Below, piece after piece: positions 47,526-57,338 of a stretch of 64,000 nt of DNA. Position 1 is the stretch's first letter, and each line of letters begins with the position of its first letter. Position numbers and translations under genes: made by a program. Location of the stretch: contig JBEKCB010000001.1 of assembly GCA_050015075.1 (NCBI GenBank), positions 160,001 to 224,000 on the forward strand. Direction: 5' to 3'. Below the pieces are notes generated by a model, which did no database searches, was not told the origin of the DNA, and saw only the letters and a list, made by a program, of their open reading frames with translations. Source of the DNA: Candidatus Brocadiia bacterium. Its GTDB lineage: Bacteria > Planctomycetota > Brocadiia > CAIUPP01.

Positions 47526-47867
47526 ATGCGCTATAAAATGCAGGAAGGCGAGATCGCGTGGATCCTCCACCGCGTCACCGGCGCGGGTGTGGCGGCTTTC
47601 CTGCTGCTGCATATCTCCGACATCACGCTCATCGGCTGGGGACCGGGCCTGTTCGACAAGCTGCTCTTCTTCTACCGCGCCCGGCCGTTCCGGGTGATGG
47701 AGGTCTTCCTGCTGGCGGGGGTGCTGTTCCACGCCTTGAACGGGGTCCGGATCATCCTGATTGATTTCTGGCCCGCCGCGGCGGGCATCCAGAGGAAACT
47801 TTTCTACGGCGAGATGGCGCTTTTCATCGTGGCGTTCATCCCCGCCGCGTACCTGATGCTGCGCTGA
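47526..47867 (+). CDS. sdhC: Succinate dehydrogenase cytochrome b556 subunit
   Basis: WILHRVTG, FHALNGVRIILIDFW. Confidence 0.92.
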   Translation: MRYKMQEGEIAWILHRVTGAGVAAFLLLHISDITLIGWGPGLFDKLLFFYRARPFRVMEVFLLAGVLFHALNGVRIILIDFWPAAAGIQRKLFYGEMALFIVAFIPAAYLMLR

Positions 47868-47882
47868 GCGCAAGGGAGAGCG

Positions 47883-48266
47883 TTGCACGTGGAACCCGAG
47901 ATCGTCCGCAGGCCCAAAGCGTCGGAGCGGTTCGAGACCTATGCCTGGCTCTACATGCGCGTCTCCGGACCGCTGCTGATCCTGATGGTGCTGGTGCATT
48001 TCGGGGTCATGCACCTCTATTACGGCGTGGAGCACATTGATTTCAGCGTCGTGGCCGCGCGCTACGCGACGCCGTTCTGGCGGATCTACGACCTGGTCAT
48101 GGTGGCGGTGGCGGTCACGCACGGAATGAACGGGGCGAAGATGATCCTGGACGATTACATCCATCCGAGAAGCTGGCGCACGGCCGTCCTCTGCCTGGTC
48201 TGGGCGATCGGCCTCATTTTTCTGGCGATGGGCGGATTCACGATCCTGACGTTCGGCGTCAAGTGA
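47883..48266 (+). CDS. sdhD: Succinate dehydrogenase membrane anchor subunit
   Basis: WLYMRVSG, HGMNG...ILDDY. Confidence 0.9.
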   Translation: MHVEPEIVRRPKASERFETYAWLYMRVSGPLLILMVLVHFGVMHLYYGVEHIDFSVVAARYATPFWRIYDLVMVAVAVTHGMNGAKMILDDYIHPRSWRTAVLCLVWAIGLIFLAMGGFTILTFGVK

Positions 48267-48273
48267 GGCGGCG

Positions 48274-50019
48274 ATGGCTTCGCTCTATCACAAGCAGTCG
48301 CACGAGGCGGACGTGGTCGTGGTCGGGGCCGGCGGCACGGGGCTGATGGCGGCGCTGGAGCTCTCCGCGCACGTGCGCACCGCGGTCATCAGCAAGCTCA
48401 TCCCGGTCCGCTCGCACACCGGCGCGGCGCAGGGCGGCATCGGCGCCGCGCTCGGGAACGAGGAGCCGGACAACTGGCTCTGGCACATGTTCGACACGGT
48501 CAAGGGCAGCGACTACCTCGCCGACCAGGACGCGGCCGAGGTCCTGACGCACGACGCGATCGAGGCGGTTTACCGGCTCGAGCACTGGGGCCTGCCCTTC
48601 GATCGCACGCCCGACGGCCGCATCGCGCAGCGGCGGTTCGGCGGCCACACGCGCGACTTCGGCAAGGCCGCGGTCAAGCGCTCCTGCTACGCCGCCGACC
48701 ACACCGGGCACGGCATCCTGCAGACGCTCTACCAGCAATGCATCAAGAACGGCGTGACCTTCTTCGACGAGTACTTCCTGCTCGATCTGCTCGTGCGCGA
48801 CGGCGTCTGCTGCGGCGTGGTCGCCATGTGCCTCGCCCGCGGCGACATCCACGTCTTCCACGCGAAGGCGGTGCTCTTCGCCACCGGCGGCTGCGGGCGC
48901 ATGTACAAGATCACCAGCAACGCGCTGAGCTTCACCGGCGACGGGCCGGCGGTGGCCTTCCGGCGCGGCGCGCCGCTGGAGGACATGGAGTTCTTCCAGT
49001 TCCATCCGACCGGCATCTACAAGCTCGGCATCCTGATCAGCGAGGCGGTCCGCGGCGAGGGCGGCATCCTGCGCAACGGCCAGGGCGAGCGGTTCATGGA
49101 ACGCTACGCGCCGACGCTGCTCGACCTGGCGCCGCGCGACATCGTCGCCCGCGCGATCTACCAGGAAATCCGCGAGGGGCGCGGCGTGGACGGAAAGGAT
49201 TACATCCTGCTCGATGCCACGCCCATCGGCCGCGCGACGCTCCGGGCCAAGCTGCCCGACATCAGCTCGTTCGTGCAGACCTACCTCGGCATAGACCCGG
49301 CGGAAACGCCGATCCCCGTTCAGCCCACGGCGCACTACGCGATGGGCGGCATTCCGACCGACCTGGACGGCCGCGTGATCCTGGACGAGAAGAAGACGCC
49401 GATGCCCGGGTTCTACGCCGCCGGCGAATGCGCCTGCGTCTCCGTCCACGGCGCGAACCGCCTGGGCACGAACTCGCTCGTGGACATCCTCGTCTTCGGC
49501 CGGCGCTCCGCGGCGCACATGCTCGAATTCGTCCGCGCGAACCCCTGGACGCCGCTTCCGCCGGAGCCCGCCGCCGAGAGCGAGCTGCGGCTGGCCGCGA
49601 TCCTCGATCGCTCCAAAGGCGAATCGCAGGCCGGCATCCGCGACGCTCTGCGCGAAGTGATGATGGACAAGGTCTCCATCTTCCGCGAGGAGAAGGGCCT
49701 GCGCGAGGCGCTCCAGGCGATCCGCGGATTGAAAGAGCGCTATGCCCGCGTCAGCATCAGCGACCACGGGCATTGCTTCAACCAGGAATTGCAGGAGACG
49801 CTCGAGCTGGGGAACCTGCTCGACCTGGCCGAGGTCACCGCGCTCAGCGCGCTCGGCCGCACCGAGAGCCGCGGCGCGCACAGCCGCGAGGACCACCCGA
49901 AGCGCGACGATGCGAACTGGCTCAAGCACACGCTGGCCTGCCGGTCCGCCGAGGGCATTATTCTGAAGTACAAACCGGTCACCATCTCCCGCTTTCAGCC
50001 TAAGGAGAGAAAGTATTGA
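48274..50019 (+). CDS. sdhA: Succinate dehydrogenase flavoprotein subunit
   Basis: GAGGTG, RSHTGAAQGG, QFHPTG, HYAMGG, HGANRLGTNSL, RTESRGAH. Confidence 0.96.
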   Translation: MASLYHKQSHEADVVVVGAGGTGLMAALELSAHVRTAVISKLIPVRSHTGAAQGGIGAALGNEEPDNWLWHMFDTVKGSDYLADQDAAEVLTHDAIEAVYRLEHWGLPFDRTPDGRIAQRRFGGHTRDFGKAAVKRSCYAADHTGHGILQTLYQQCIKNGVTFFDEYFLLDLLVRDGVCCGVVAMCLARGDIHVFHAKAVLFATGGCGRMYKITSNALSFTGDGPAVAFRRGAPLEDMEFFQFHPTGIYKLGILISEAVRGEGGILRNGQGERFMERYAPTLLDLAPRDIVARAIYQEIREGRGVDGKDYILLDATPIGRATLRAKLPDISSFVQTYLGIDPAETPIPVQPTAHYAMGGIPTDLDGRVILDEKKTPMPGFYAAGECACVSVHGANRLGTNSLVDILVFGRRSAAHMLEFVRANPWTPLPPEPAAESELRLAAILDRSKGESQAGIRDALREVMMDKVSIFREEKGLREALQAIRGLKERYARVSISDHGHCFNQELQETLELGNLLDLAEVTALSALGRTESRGAHSREDHPKRDDANWLKHTLACRSAEGIILKYKPVTISRFQPKERKY

Positions 50020-50020
50020 C

Positions 50021-50116
50021 GGGTGATTAGGAGATTGGGAAATTTGGAAATTGGGGATAGATGTTGCGCCATCCGATAAGTCCTAATCTCCCAATCTCCT
50101 AATCACCCAATCACCC
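50021..50116. repeat. Inverted repeat with 8-nt periodic arms (GATTRGGA / CCYAATCW) between sdhA and sdhB
   Basis: gggt-gattagga-gattggga-aatttgga-aattgggg ... cctaatct-cccaatct-cctaatca-cccaatca-ccc. Confidence 0.88.
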
Positions 50117-50134
50117 CCAAGGAAGGAGTTGCAA

Positions 50135-50830
50135 GTGAAAGTCGCTATCGAGATCCTGCGGTTCAACCCGGAGAAAGACGCGGCGCCGCACTGGGCTTCG
50201 TATGAAGTCGAGGTCGAGCCGAGCGACCGCGTGCTCGACGCGCTCCATGCGATCAAGTCGTACCAGGACGGCACCCTGGCGCTGCGAAGCTCCTGCGCGC
50301 ACGGCGTCTGCGGCTCGGACGCGATGCAGATCAACGGTCTGAACCGGCTGGCATGCAAGACGCTCGTCCGCGACGTCGGCGAGAAGATCGTGATCGAGCC
50401 GCTCAAGGGATTCCCGGTCATCAAGGACCTGGTCGTGGACATGGACGGGTTCTTCGAGCAGTACCGCGCCGTGCACCCGTACCTGGTCAACAAGGACCTG
50501 CCGCCCGCCGACGAGCGGCTGCAACTGCCCGAGGACCGCGCGCGGATCGAGGACACCACTCGCTGCATCCTCTGCGCGAGCTGCACTTCGTCGTGTCCTT
50601 CCTTCTGGGTGAACCGCAACTATCTCGGCCCGGCGGCGATCGTCAATGCGCATCGCTTCCTGTTCGACAGCCGCGACCACGGCAGCCACGAGCGGCTCGA
50701 CGCGCTCAATTCGCGCAACGGTGTCTGGCGCTGCCGCACGATCTTCAATTGCAACGCCGCCTGTCCGCGCGACATCAAGATCACCCAGGCCATCGGCCAG
50801 ACGAAGCGCGCGCTGCTTCTGGAGCCCTGA
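50135..50830 (+). CDS. sdhB: Succinate dehydrogenase iron-sulfur subunit
   Basis: SCAHGVCGSDA, CILCASCTSSCP, CRTIFNCNAACP. Confidence 0.96.
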   Translation: MKVAIEILRFNPEKDAAPHWASYEVEVEPSDRVLDALHAIKSYQDGTLALRSSCAHGVCGSDAMQINGLNRLACKTLVRDVGEKIVIEPLKGFPVIKDLVVDMDGFFEQYRAVHPYLVNKDLPPADERLQLPEDRARIEDTTRCILCASCTSSCPSFWVNRNYLGPAAIVNAHRFLFDSRDHGSHERLDALNSRNGVWRCRTIFNCNAACPRDIKITQAIGQTKRALLLEP

Positions 50831-50859
50831 TCGGCCGCCTGCCACCCAAATGCCGTCCC

Positions 50860-50916
50860 GCTCGTAGTGTGCCCGTCCGGGCATACGAAATAGCGCCTTA
50901 CGGCGCCACTACAAGC
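50860..50916 (+). repeat. GTAG-type REP doublet, copy 3
   Basis: gctcgtagtgtgcccgtccgggcatacgaaatagcgccttacggcgccactacaagc. Confidence 0.9.
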
Positions 50917-51026
50917 GGCGACAAACGCCTAACTGGAATTAATCGCTTGCATTGGGGAGACAGTTTAGGTATCCTTCTTCAGGGCAAGCTAGCTTGGCGT
51001 ACCGGAAATAAGTTGCGTAACGTTTT

Positions 51027-51112
51027 GTCATTCCGAGCGGAGCGAGGAATCTCATACGCCGCGCGTTGGTAATGGTTTAAGGTGTGAGATGCTTCGCTGC
51101 GCTCAGCATGAC
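51027..51112. repeat. REP-like element GTCATTCCGAGCGGAGCGAGGAATCTCA ... TGAGATGCTTCGCTGCGCTCAGCATGAC
   Basis: Imperfect inverted arms with GTCAT/ATGAC termini, as in the element at 25358. Confidence 0.8.
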
Positions 51113-51224
51113 GCGGGCTGGACTTATTTACGTTATCTCTGGGACACTGCGCTAGAATATCACGCGATCCTGTGGCGCGACGCACTTAGGTCAGGAGTTT
51201 CTTGGTTTCAGGAAAGGGCTGCAA

Positions 51225-51638
51225 ATGCCGAGGCCGAAATTGGAGAAGGTGACCGTTGAGGAACTCAAGAAGGAAATCGCGCGGCGGCAGAAAAACCTGG
51301 CGAAACTCGCCGCCAAGCGCGACGCGCTGAATTGCCAGATCGCGGAATTGGAAGGCCTGGGCATTGTCGCCAAGCCCGCCGCGAAACGCGGCAGGAAACC
51401 GGGCCGCAAGCGCGGGCGGAAAGCCGGTCGCGCGCCGCAGCCGGGCAGCCTGATCAACCTGCTGGTGCAGGCCCTGGAAGCCAAAGGCAAGCTGACAGTC
51501 GCCCAAGCCGTGGACGCGGTCCTGGCGGCCGGTTACAAGAGCAAGTCCAAGCTGTTCAAGCTCATCGTCAACCAGGCTCTCGCCAAGAACAAGCGGTTCA
51601 AGCGCGTCGGCAAGGGCGTCTATAAACTGCGCGGCTGA
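51225..51638 (+). CDS. Basic coiled-coil + winged-helix putative nucleoid-associated protein
   Basis: N-terminal heptad coiled coil, KRGRKPGRKRGRK linker, C-terminal wHTH-like FKRVGKGVYKL. Confidence 0.8.
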   Translation: MPRPKLEKVTVEELKKEIARRQKNLAKLAAKRDALNCQIAELEGLGIVAKPAAKRGRKPGRKRGRKAGRAPQPGSLINLLVQALEAKGKLTVAQAVDAVLAAGYKSKSKLFKLIVNQALAKNKRFKRVGKGVYKLRG

Positions 51639-51653
51639 CGGATCGGAACGAGC

Positions 51654-51697
51654 AAGCCTTGCGAAGGTTTTCACCCGCCTTCGCAAGGCTTTGTTTT
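51654..51697 (+). terminator. Rho-independent terminator
   Basis: aagccttgcgaagg-loop-ccttcgcaaggctt followed by tgtttt. Confidence 0.8.
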
Positions 51698-51724
51698 ACA
51701 GCTCTCGCTTAGGAGAGACAACCC

Positions 51725-52081
51725 ATGGTCAAGTCCGTCAAGACATACTTCCAAGAGCAGGGAATGGCCAGCGAGCTGGCGCTCCAATTGGATGAAGTCA
51801 CTTCCGCGATGCATAGCCGCATGCACCGGTTCAACAAGCAGGGCGTCTCCAAGAACCTGGTCATGATTGATCTGGGCAAGTACCGGCACATGGAGACGCG
51901 GAATCCCAAAAGCAATCTTGAGTTGCTCCGGACCACCCTGGATGGAATGCTGCTGGTGCTGAACGTGGAGGACCGGTTCCGCCTCCTCGAGCATCACGAC
52001 ATAATCAAGCTGAATTACGTGACGGCCGAATACGAATTCACCGCATTCGGAAAGCAATTCTTCGAGCCGGCCAAGGTCTGA
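51725..52081 (+). CDS. Hypothetical protein
   Basis: 118-aa ORF with an AGGAG RBS, followed by a GC hairpin. Confidence 0.7.
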   Translation: MVKSVKTYFQEQGMASELALQLDEVTSAMHSRMHRFNKQGVSKNLVMIDLGKYRHMETRNPKSNLELLRTTLDGMLLVLNVEDRFRLLEHHDIIKLNYVTAEYEFTAFGKQFFEPAKV

Positions 52082-52126
52082 CCGCCGGCCGCCTCAACCG
52101 GCGGCCGGCAGTCCCGACGATCACTT

Positions 52127-53272
52127 TCAGCGAGGCCGCCTCGGCGAAGGCGGCAGCGGGACCGGGGCCGGGGCTGGCGACGGGTTGTCATACATGACCG
52201 GCCCGCCGTCCACGATCGGCTTGGCCGGCGTCGCCAGCATGTGCGTGTCCTGGACGGAAAGGTGGATCAGCATTTCGCCCGCTGAAACGCCCTTGCCGCG
52301 CAGGGTGCCGCTGGTCAGTTCCACGCCGCGGCCGCTGCCGGGAGTGCGCTCGTACTGGCTGCTGCCCGCCAGCGCCTGCCGGATGAACTCGGCCACCTCC
52401 TTCTCGCCGATAACCGTCTTCGAATCGGGCGCGGGGTCGCCGGCCGTCAGGACCAGGTCCACCGCGTAGCCCTCGACGAGCTTATCCTGCAGGTTCTCGA
52501 ACAGGTCGCGCCGCCCAAAGACCTCAAGCCCGACGACGCGGCCGGTGCGCGCGTCGGCGATGGCGATGCCGACCGTTTCAGGCGGGCTGAAATGGCCGAG
52601 CGCCTTGTGCGCCTCGCTGAAATCCTTCTGGGCCTGTTCCGAGTTCAGCGATTCGTCCAGATTGCCGGTGGCGTTGGGCGCGTTCAGCGCGTTGGACCGC
52701 TCCGCGGCCCGTTCCCACACCTCAGACTGATCGGCGCCACCCTGGATCGCGTTCCGGACGCTGGCGGGCGCGAGGTTCCTGGAACCCTCGAACTCGCGCT
52801 TGCCGGTCCAGCGATGCGGCTCCACGCAGAACACCGGCACCGACGCCCTCTGCTTCGCCTCGATCACCGTGTCCTGGCGGATGACGCGCGTCTGCTGACC
52901 GCCCTTGATGATCTCGCCGCTCATGAGGAACACCGTCGCGTCGCCGACGTTCTCCATCTGCACCTCGGAGACCTGCGCCTGCGCTTTCTCGACGATCCTC
53001 AGGTGGCCCGCCTCCACGGCCTTGTCCATCGTCTCCCAATTGCCCGGCGCCTGCAGGCCCTCGTAGCGGATGGGGAAAACGAGCATGTTCTTGTAAATGC
53101 GCGCCTTATCCACGACCAGGCCGCCCAGGAGCGTCTTAACTTCGGGCGCCTGCCCGGCCTTGTCCGCAAGCGGCTGGCTCTGCGCCTGGACCGGACGCAC
53201 CGGCGCGCCGAACGCGTAGAGAACCGCCACGCCTGCCAGCAACGCCATCACTGCCGATATTCCGTGCCTCAT
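52127..53272 (-). CDS. ARPP-1/DUF6569-like secreted protein
   Basis: Signal peptide; LMSGEIIKGGQQTRVI and VPVFCVEPHRW, typical of the family. Confidence 0.75.
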   Translation of the reverse strand: MRHGISAVMALLAGVAVLYAFGAPVRPVQAQSQPLADKAGQAPEVKTLLGGLVVDKARIYKNMLVFPIRYEGLQAPGNWETMDKAVEAGHLRIVEKAQAQVSEVQMENVGDATVFLMSGEIIKGGQQTRVIRQDTVIEAKQRASVPVFCVEPHRWTGKREFEGSRNLAPASVRNAIQGGADQSEVWERAAERSNALNAPNATGNLDESLNSEQAQKDFSEAHKALGHFSPPETVGIAIADARTGRVVGLEVFGRRDLFENLQDKLVEGYAVDLVLTAGDPAPDSKTVIGEKEVAEFIRQALAGSSQYERTPGSGRGVELTSGTLRGKGVSAGEMLIHLSVQDTHMLATPAKPIVDGGPVMYDNPSPAPAPVPLPPSPRRPR

Positions 53273-53379
53273 GCGCCGCCTCCTTTCAATAGAGCTTGTT
53301 CACCTGTCACACTCTATTGGACGCATGAACCGGCCTGCGGTTCTCGCACGGACGGAAAATTCTCGCGCTCGGGGCGGCG

Positions 53380-54204
53380 TCAGAAGAGGTGCAGTTCCTG
53401 CAGCCGGCCGGCCAGTTGCGGAACCTGCGTGCGCAACACCTGCTCGTCGGTGCGCGCTTCGTAGCCGGGTCCGACGCCGCCGTATTCGAAGGCGATGATC
53501 TGCGGCGCGGGCCATTCGCCGCGCGCGATGCGAGCGAGCGCCCATTCGGCCAGCCGCCAGTCGTCATCGCTCAGCGGACGATGGTCGAGCCAGAGGCCGT
53601 CTTCGCAGAGCCGCGTCCCCGATAGGTGCATCTCGGAAAGCCGTTCCATGGGGAGCGAAAGGACGTACTCCTCCACGTTCATGCCCAGCCGGCGCGCCGA
53701 GATGCCGGCGTGCGAGATGTCCAGCAGCAGGCGGCAGCCCGTCCGCTCGAGCACCTCGCGGATGACCTGCGGCTGGAAGGCCCACAGCGGAATCTGCCAT
53801 GGCGGGCGCGGGTCCCACATCAGGTTCTCCAACGCGATGCGCTCCGGCGGGAACTCGCACTGCGCGAAAAGCACGTCGCGAACCATGGCCTCGACCAGCC
53901 GGTGCCGGTCGCGCGGGTCGGTGGAATCGAGCGCCAGGCCCGGAAAGTCCGTCACGCACGGGCCGAGATGGAGGTTGAAGTGCGGCGCGTGCGTCAGGTC
54001 CATCAGCCGGTGGACCAGGCCCCAATCGGCCTTCTGCACCTGCCCTCTTCCGGCCAGAAATGCGAAGTGCGGATAACAGGGCCTCTGCTTCAGCACCTCG
54101 ACGATCAGGTCGGGCCATTCGGGACACTTGAACAGGGCCACCTGGATTTCGCCGGCGCGGAGCAGCTTTGCGGCGGCGTTGGAGTAGTTTAGAGCGAAGC
54201 TCAT
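53380..54204 (-). CDS. DUF692-like (MNIO/TIM-barrel) protein
   Basis: HFNLHL, IALENL, LLLDISHA, EMHLSG, LDH, AFEYGG metal-ligand pattern. Confidence 0.78.
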   Translation of the reverse strand: MSFALNYSNAAAKLLRAGEIQVALFKCPEWPDLIVEVLKQRPCYPHFAFLAGRGQVQKADWGLVHRLMDLTHAPHFNLHLGPCVTDFPGLALDSTDPRDRHRLVEAMVRDVLFAQCEFPPERIALENLMWDPRPPWQIPLWAFQPQVIREVLERTGCRLLLDISHAGISARRLGMNVEEYVLSLPMERLSEMHLSGTRLCEDGLWLDHRPLSDDDWRLAEWALARIARGEWPAPQIIAFEYGGVGPGYEARTDEQVLRTQVPQLAGRLQELHLF

Positions 54205-54236
54205 TTCTCAGGGTCTCGAGAGGATCGCCGGCGGCG

Positions 54237-55424
54237 TCAGAACTCCAGCGGCGCCTTGAACTCCGAGGTGGGTTCCTCGTCCGAGCGCGCCGGATGAGGC
54301 TTCGCCTCGCCGGTCTGCCCGGCGGCGGGATGCGGCATCCATGGGCCGGTCGGCTCGTGCTCGCCGGGGCCGAACTCGGCCGAGGCGCGGAGTTTTTCCT
54401 CGAGCTGCCGGAGTTCGTCGGCGGCCTGGAGCGCGCTCTGCGGCCGGCGGTCCGGCTCCTTGGCGGCCATGCGCCAGACCATCGCGGAGGCTTCCTCCGA
54501 CAGGTTCGGGTTCACGTCGGCGGGCCACTCGAGCAGGCCGCGGATGTGCTCGAGCATCACCTCCTCCTTCGGCACGTCGGAGAAGGGCGGCACGCCGGTG
54601 AGCATGAAGAAGAGCGTCAGTCCGAGCGAGTAGATGTCGCTGCGCGCGTCAATGCTCTCGAGTCCGCGCGCGTGCTCGGGCGACATGTACCGGCGGCTGC
54701 CGAGCGTGGTGCCCGGCTCGTAAAGCTCCGATTCGTCCACGTTCCGGATGCGCGCCAGGCCCAGGTCGCAGAGCTTCGGCATGCCGTTGCTTGCGATCAT
54801 GATGTTCCCCGGCTTGATGTCGCGGTGGATGACGCCGTTCTCGTGCGCGGCGGCGAGCGCCTCGGCCACCTGGCGGGTGATGTGGATGCCCTCGAGCTCG
54901 GAGAAAGCGCCGTTCTCGCGCACCGCGCGCGTGAGCGTCGGGCCGTCCACGTATTCCATCGAGAAGTAGTGCCAGCCGTCGGCGGTCCCCACGTCGAACG
55001 CGGCCACCAGGCAGGGATGCCGGATCTGCGCGCAGGCGCGGCCCTCGCGCCGGAAGCGGTCCACGAACTTCTGGCTCATCTCGCGGCGGATCAGCAGCTT
55101 GAGGGCCACGTTGCGCTTCAGGCTCAACTGTTCGGCGAGGTAGACGACGCCCATGCCTCCGCGGCCGACCTGGCCGATCAGCTCGTACCCGCCGATCTTC
55201 GCGCGGCCGCGCCGCCGCAGGACGTGCCGGATGAGCTGCTCGACGAGCGGACGCGAGAGGAAGCCCATCTCGTGAGCGAGCACCGGCAGCGCGCGCTCGA
55301 TGCCCTGGTCGGCCAGGCCCATCTGCCCGCCCAGGAGCTCGTTCGTCTGCGCCTCGGTCAGCCGCTTCTCCGCCAGCGCCTGGCGCACGAACTCCCGGTC
55401 GAATTCGGTCCCGCGAAAAGGCAT
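54237..55424 (-). CDS. Hanks-type Ser/Thr protein kinase
   Basis: GRGGMGVVY, VALK, HRDIKPGN, DLGLA, YMSPE, SDIYSLG. Confidence 0.95.
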   Translation of the reverse strand: MPFRGTEFDREFVRQALAEKRLTEAQTNELLGGQMGLADQGIERALPVLAHEMGFLSRPLVEQLIRHVLRRRGRAKIGGYELIGQVGRGGMGVVYLAEQLSLKRNVALKLLIRREMSQKFVDRFRREGRACAQIRHPCLVAAFDVGTADGWHYFSMEYVDGPTLTRAVRENGAFSELEGIHITRQVAEALAAAHENGVIHRDIKPGNIMIASNGMPKLCDLGLARIRNVDESELYEPGTTLGSRRYMSPEHARGLESIDARSDIYSLGLTLFFMLTGVPPFSDVPKEEVMLEHIRGLLEWPADVNPNLSEEASAMVWRMAAKEPDRRPQSALQAADELRQLEEKLRASAEFGPGEHEPTGPWMPHPAAGQTGEAKPHPARSDEEPTSEFKAPLEF

Positions 55425-55426
55425 GT

Positions 55427-57337
55427 CTATTCCTGCTTCCGATTCGCGCATCGCGCGACGCCGCAGCTCTGGCAATGAGCGCGCCGGCAGTCGGGCGTGA
55501 ACTCTCCGCGCAGCGCCCGCTCGCGCTCGCGCCAGAGGAACTCCGTCGAGACGCCGGCGTCCACGTGCGACCAGGGAAGCCATTCCTCTTTCCCGCGCGC
55601 GCGGTAGGCATAGTCCTCCGCGCCGACGCCGGCCGCCGCGAACGCCTGCTTCCATTTTACATTATCGAATGTCTCATCCCAAGCGTCAAATCGGCAACCG
55701 AGGCGGTGCGCCTCGAGCAGCACCTTCCCGAGCCGCCGGTCGCCGCGCGCGAACACGCCCTCGAGGAAGCTCCGGTCCGGCCGGTGGAAGGCCAGGCGGA
55801 CCGCGCGGCTGCGCAGGCGGCTCCGCAGGAGCGCGCGCATCTGCTCGATCCGCGCGATCGGCGCCATCGGCTCCCACTGGAACGGCGTGTGCGGCTTGGG
55901 CACGAACGGCGCCACGGACAGGTTCACCGGCGCGGGCCCCTTGCCGGTCCTGCGGCGCAACTGGCTGACGCGCGTGGCCAGGTCGCAGATCGCGGCGACG
56001 TCCTCATCCGTCTCGGTCGGCAGGCCGACCATGAAATAAAGCTTGACGTGGCTCCAGCCCTGCGCGAAGGCCGCCTCCGCGCCGCGCATCAGGTCCTCCT
56101 CGGCCAGGTCCTTGTTGATCACGCCGCGCAGCCGGTGCGTCGCGGCCTCCGGCGCCATGGTCAGCGTGGACTTGCGCACGCCGCCGATCAGCTCGGGCAG
56201 CTTCTCGAGCTGGTCGTCCACCCGCAGCGAGGGCAGGCTGAGGCTGACCTTGCGGCCGGCGAAGCGCGCGGCGAGCTCGCGGATGAGGCGCGGCAGCTCG
56301 GGATAATCGCTGCTGCTGAGCGAGGCGAGCGAGATTTCCGAGTGGCCGGTGGCCGCGTACTGCGCCTCGCACAGCTTGACGATCGTCTCGACCGAACGCC
56401 AGCGCACGGGCCGGCGCGTCATGCCGGCGTGGCAGAAGCGGCAGCCGCGCGAGCAGCCGCGCATGATCTCGATCGTGATGCGGTCATGCACGACCTCGAC
56501 GAACGGCAGCAGCGGCCGGTCGGGGGCGAAGGCGCCGTCGAGGTCCTCGATCATCGCCGCGGAGACCTTCGCGGGCGGCTCGGGGCGGACGTCGCGGCGC
56601 GGGCGAAGGCTCTCCAGGCGGCCGTCGGGGCGCCATTCCAGATCGTACAGCGCCGGCGCGTAGCTGCCGGGCACCCGCGCGGCCAGCTCGGCGAGGAGAT
56701 CGAGCCGCTTCTGCGGCCGATGGCGTTTCAGGGCGATGCAGGCGTCGGCCAGGTCGTGGATGCGCTCCTCGCCGTCGCCGATCACGAACAGGTCCACGAA
56801 ATCGGCCACCGGCTCCGGGTTGCCGGCGCAGCTTCCGCCGGCCACGACGATCGGGTCCTGCGCGGCGCGCTCCGAGGCGAGCAGCGGGATGCCGCCGAGC
56901 TCGAGCATGTCCAGCATGTTGGTGAAGCCCATCTCGTATTGAAGGGAGAACCCGACCACGTCGAACTCACGCAGCGGCGTGCAGGTCTCCAGGCTGCACA
57001 GCGGCGCGCCGGCGCGCAGGCGCTCCTGCATGTCGAGCCACGGCGCGAAGGCGCGCTCGGCGTACACGTCCTCGCGCCGGTTCAGGATTCCGTAAAGCAC
57101 CTGCATGCCCGCCGAGGACATGCCGATGGAGTAGGTGTCCGGAAACGCCAGGCAGAACCGCAGCGCCACGGCCGCCGGGTCTTTGCGGACGCTGTTCCAT
57201 TCGCCGCCGACGTATTGCCCCGGCGTCCGCACGTGCGGCAGCGCGCACGACCAGAGCGTTTCTTTCCAGTGATCCAAGTTGCCCTTCCTGATGAAAGCGG
57301 TCTTCAGCCCGGCGAGCCGGCAAAGATTTGAATCCAT
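55427..57337 (-). CDS. TIGR03960-type B12-binding radical SAM protein
   Basis: YVGGEWN, AFPDTYSIGMS, EIMRGCSRGCRFC, KLYFMVGLPTE, FVPKPHTPFQW; lies next to rodA; start uncertain. Confidence 0.9.
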   Translation of the reverse strand: MDSNLCRLAGLKTAFIRKGNLDHWKETLWSCALPHVRTPGQYVGGEWNSVRKDPAAVALRFCLAFPDTYSIGMSSAGMQVLYGILNRREDVYAERAFAPWLDMQERLRAGAPLCSLETCTPLREFDVVGFSLQYEMGFTNMLDMLELGGIPLLASERAAQDPIVVAGGSCAGNPEPVADFVDLFVIGDGEERIHDLADACIALKRHRPQKRLDLLAELAARVPGSYAPALYDLEWRPDGRLESLRPRRDVRPEPPAKVSAAMIEDLDGAFAPDRPLLPFVEVVHDRITIEIMRGCSRGCRFCHAGMTRRPVRWRSVETIVKLCEAQYAATGHSEISLASLSSSDYPELPRLIRELAARFAGRKVSLSLPSLRVDDQLEKLPELIGGVRKSTLTMAPEAATHRLRGVINKDLAEEDLMRGAEAAFAQGWSHVKLYFMVGLPTETDEDVAAICDLATRVSQLRRRTGKGPAPVNLSVAPFVPKPHTPFQWEPMAPIARIEQMRALLRSRLRSRAVRLAFHRPDRSFLEGVFARGDRRLGKVLLEAHRLGCRFDAWDETFDNVKWKQAFAAAGVGAEDYAYRARGKEEWLPWSHVDAGVSTEFLWRERERALRGEFTPDCRRAHCQSCGVARCANRKQE

Positions 57338-57338
57338 C

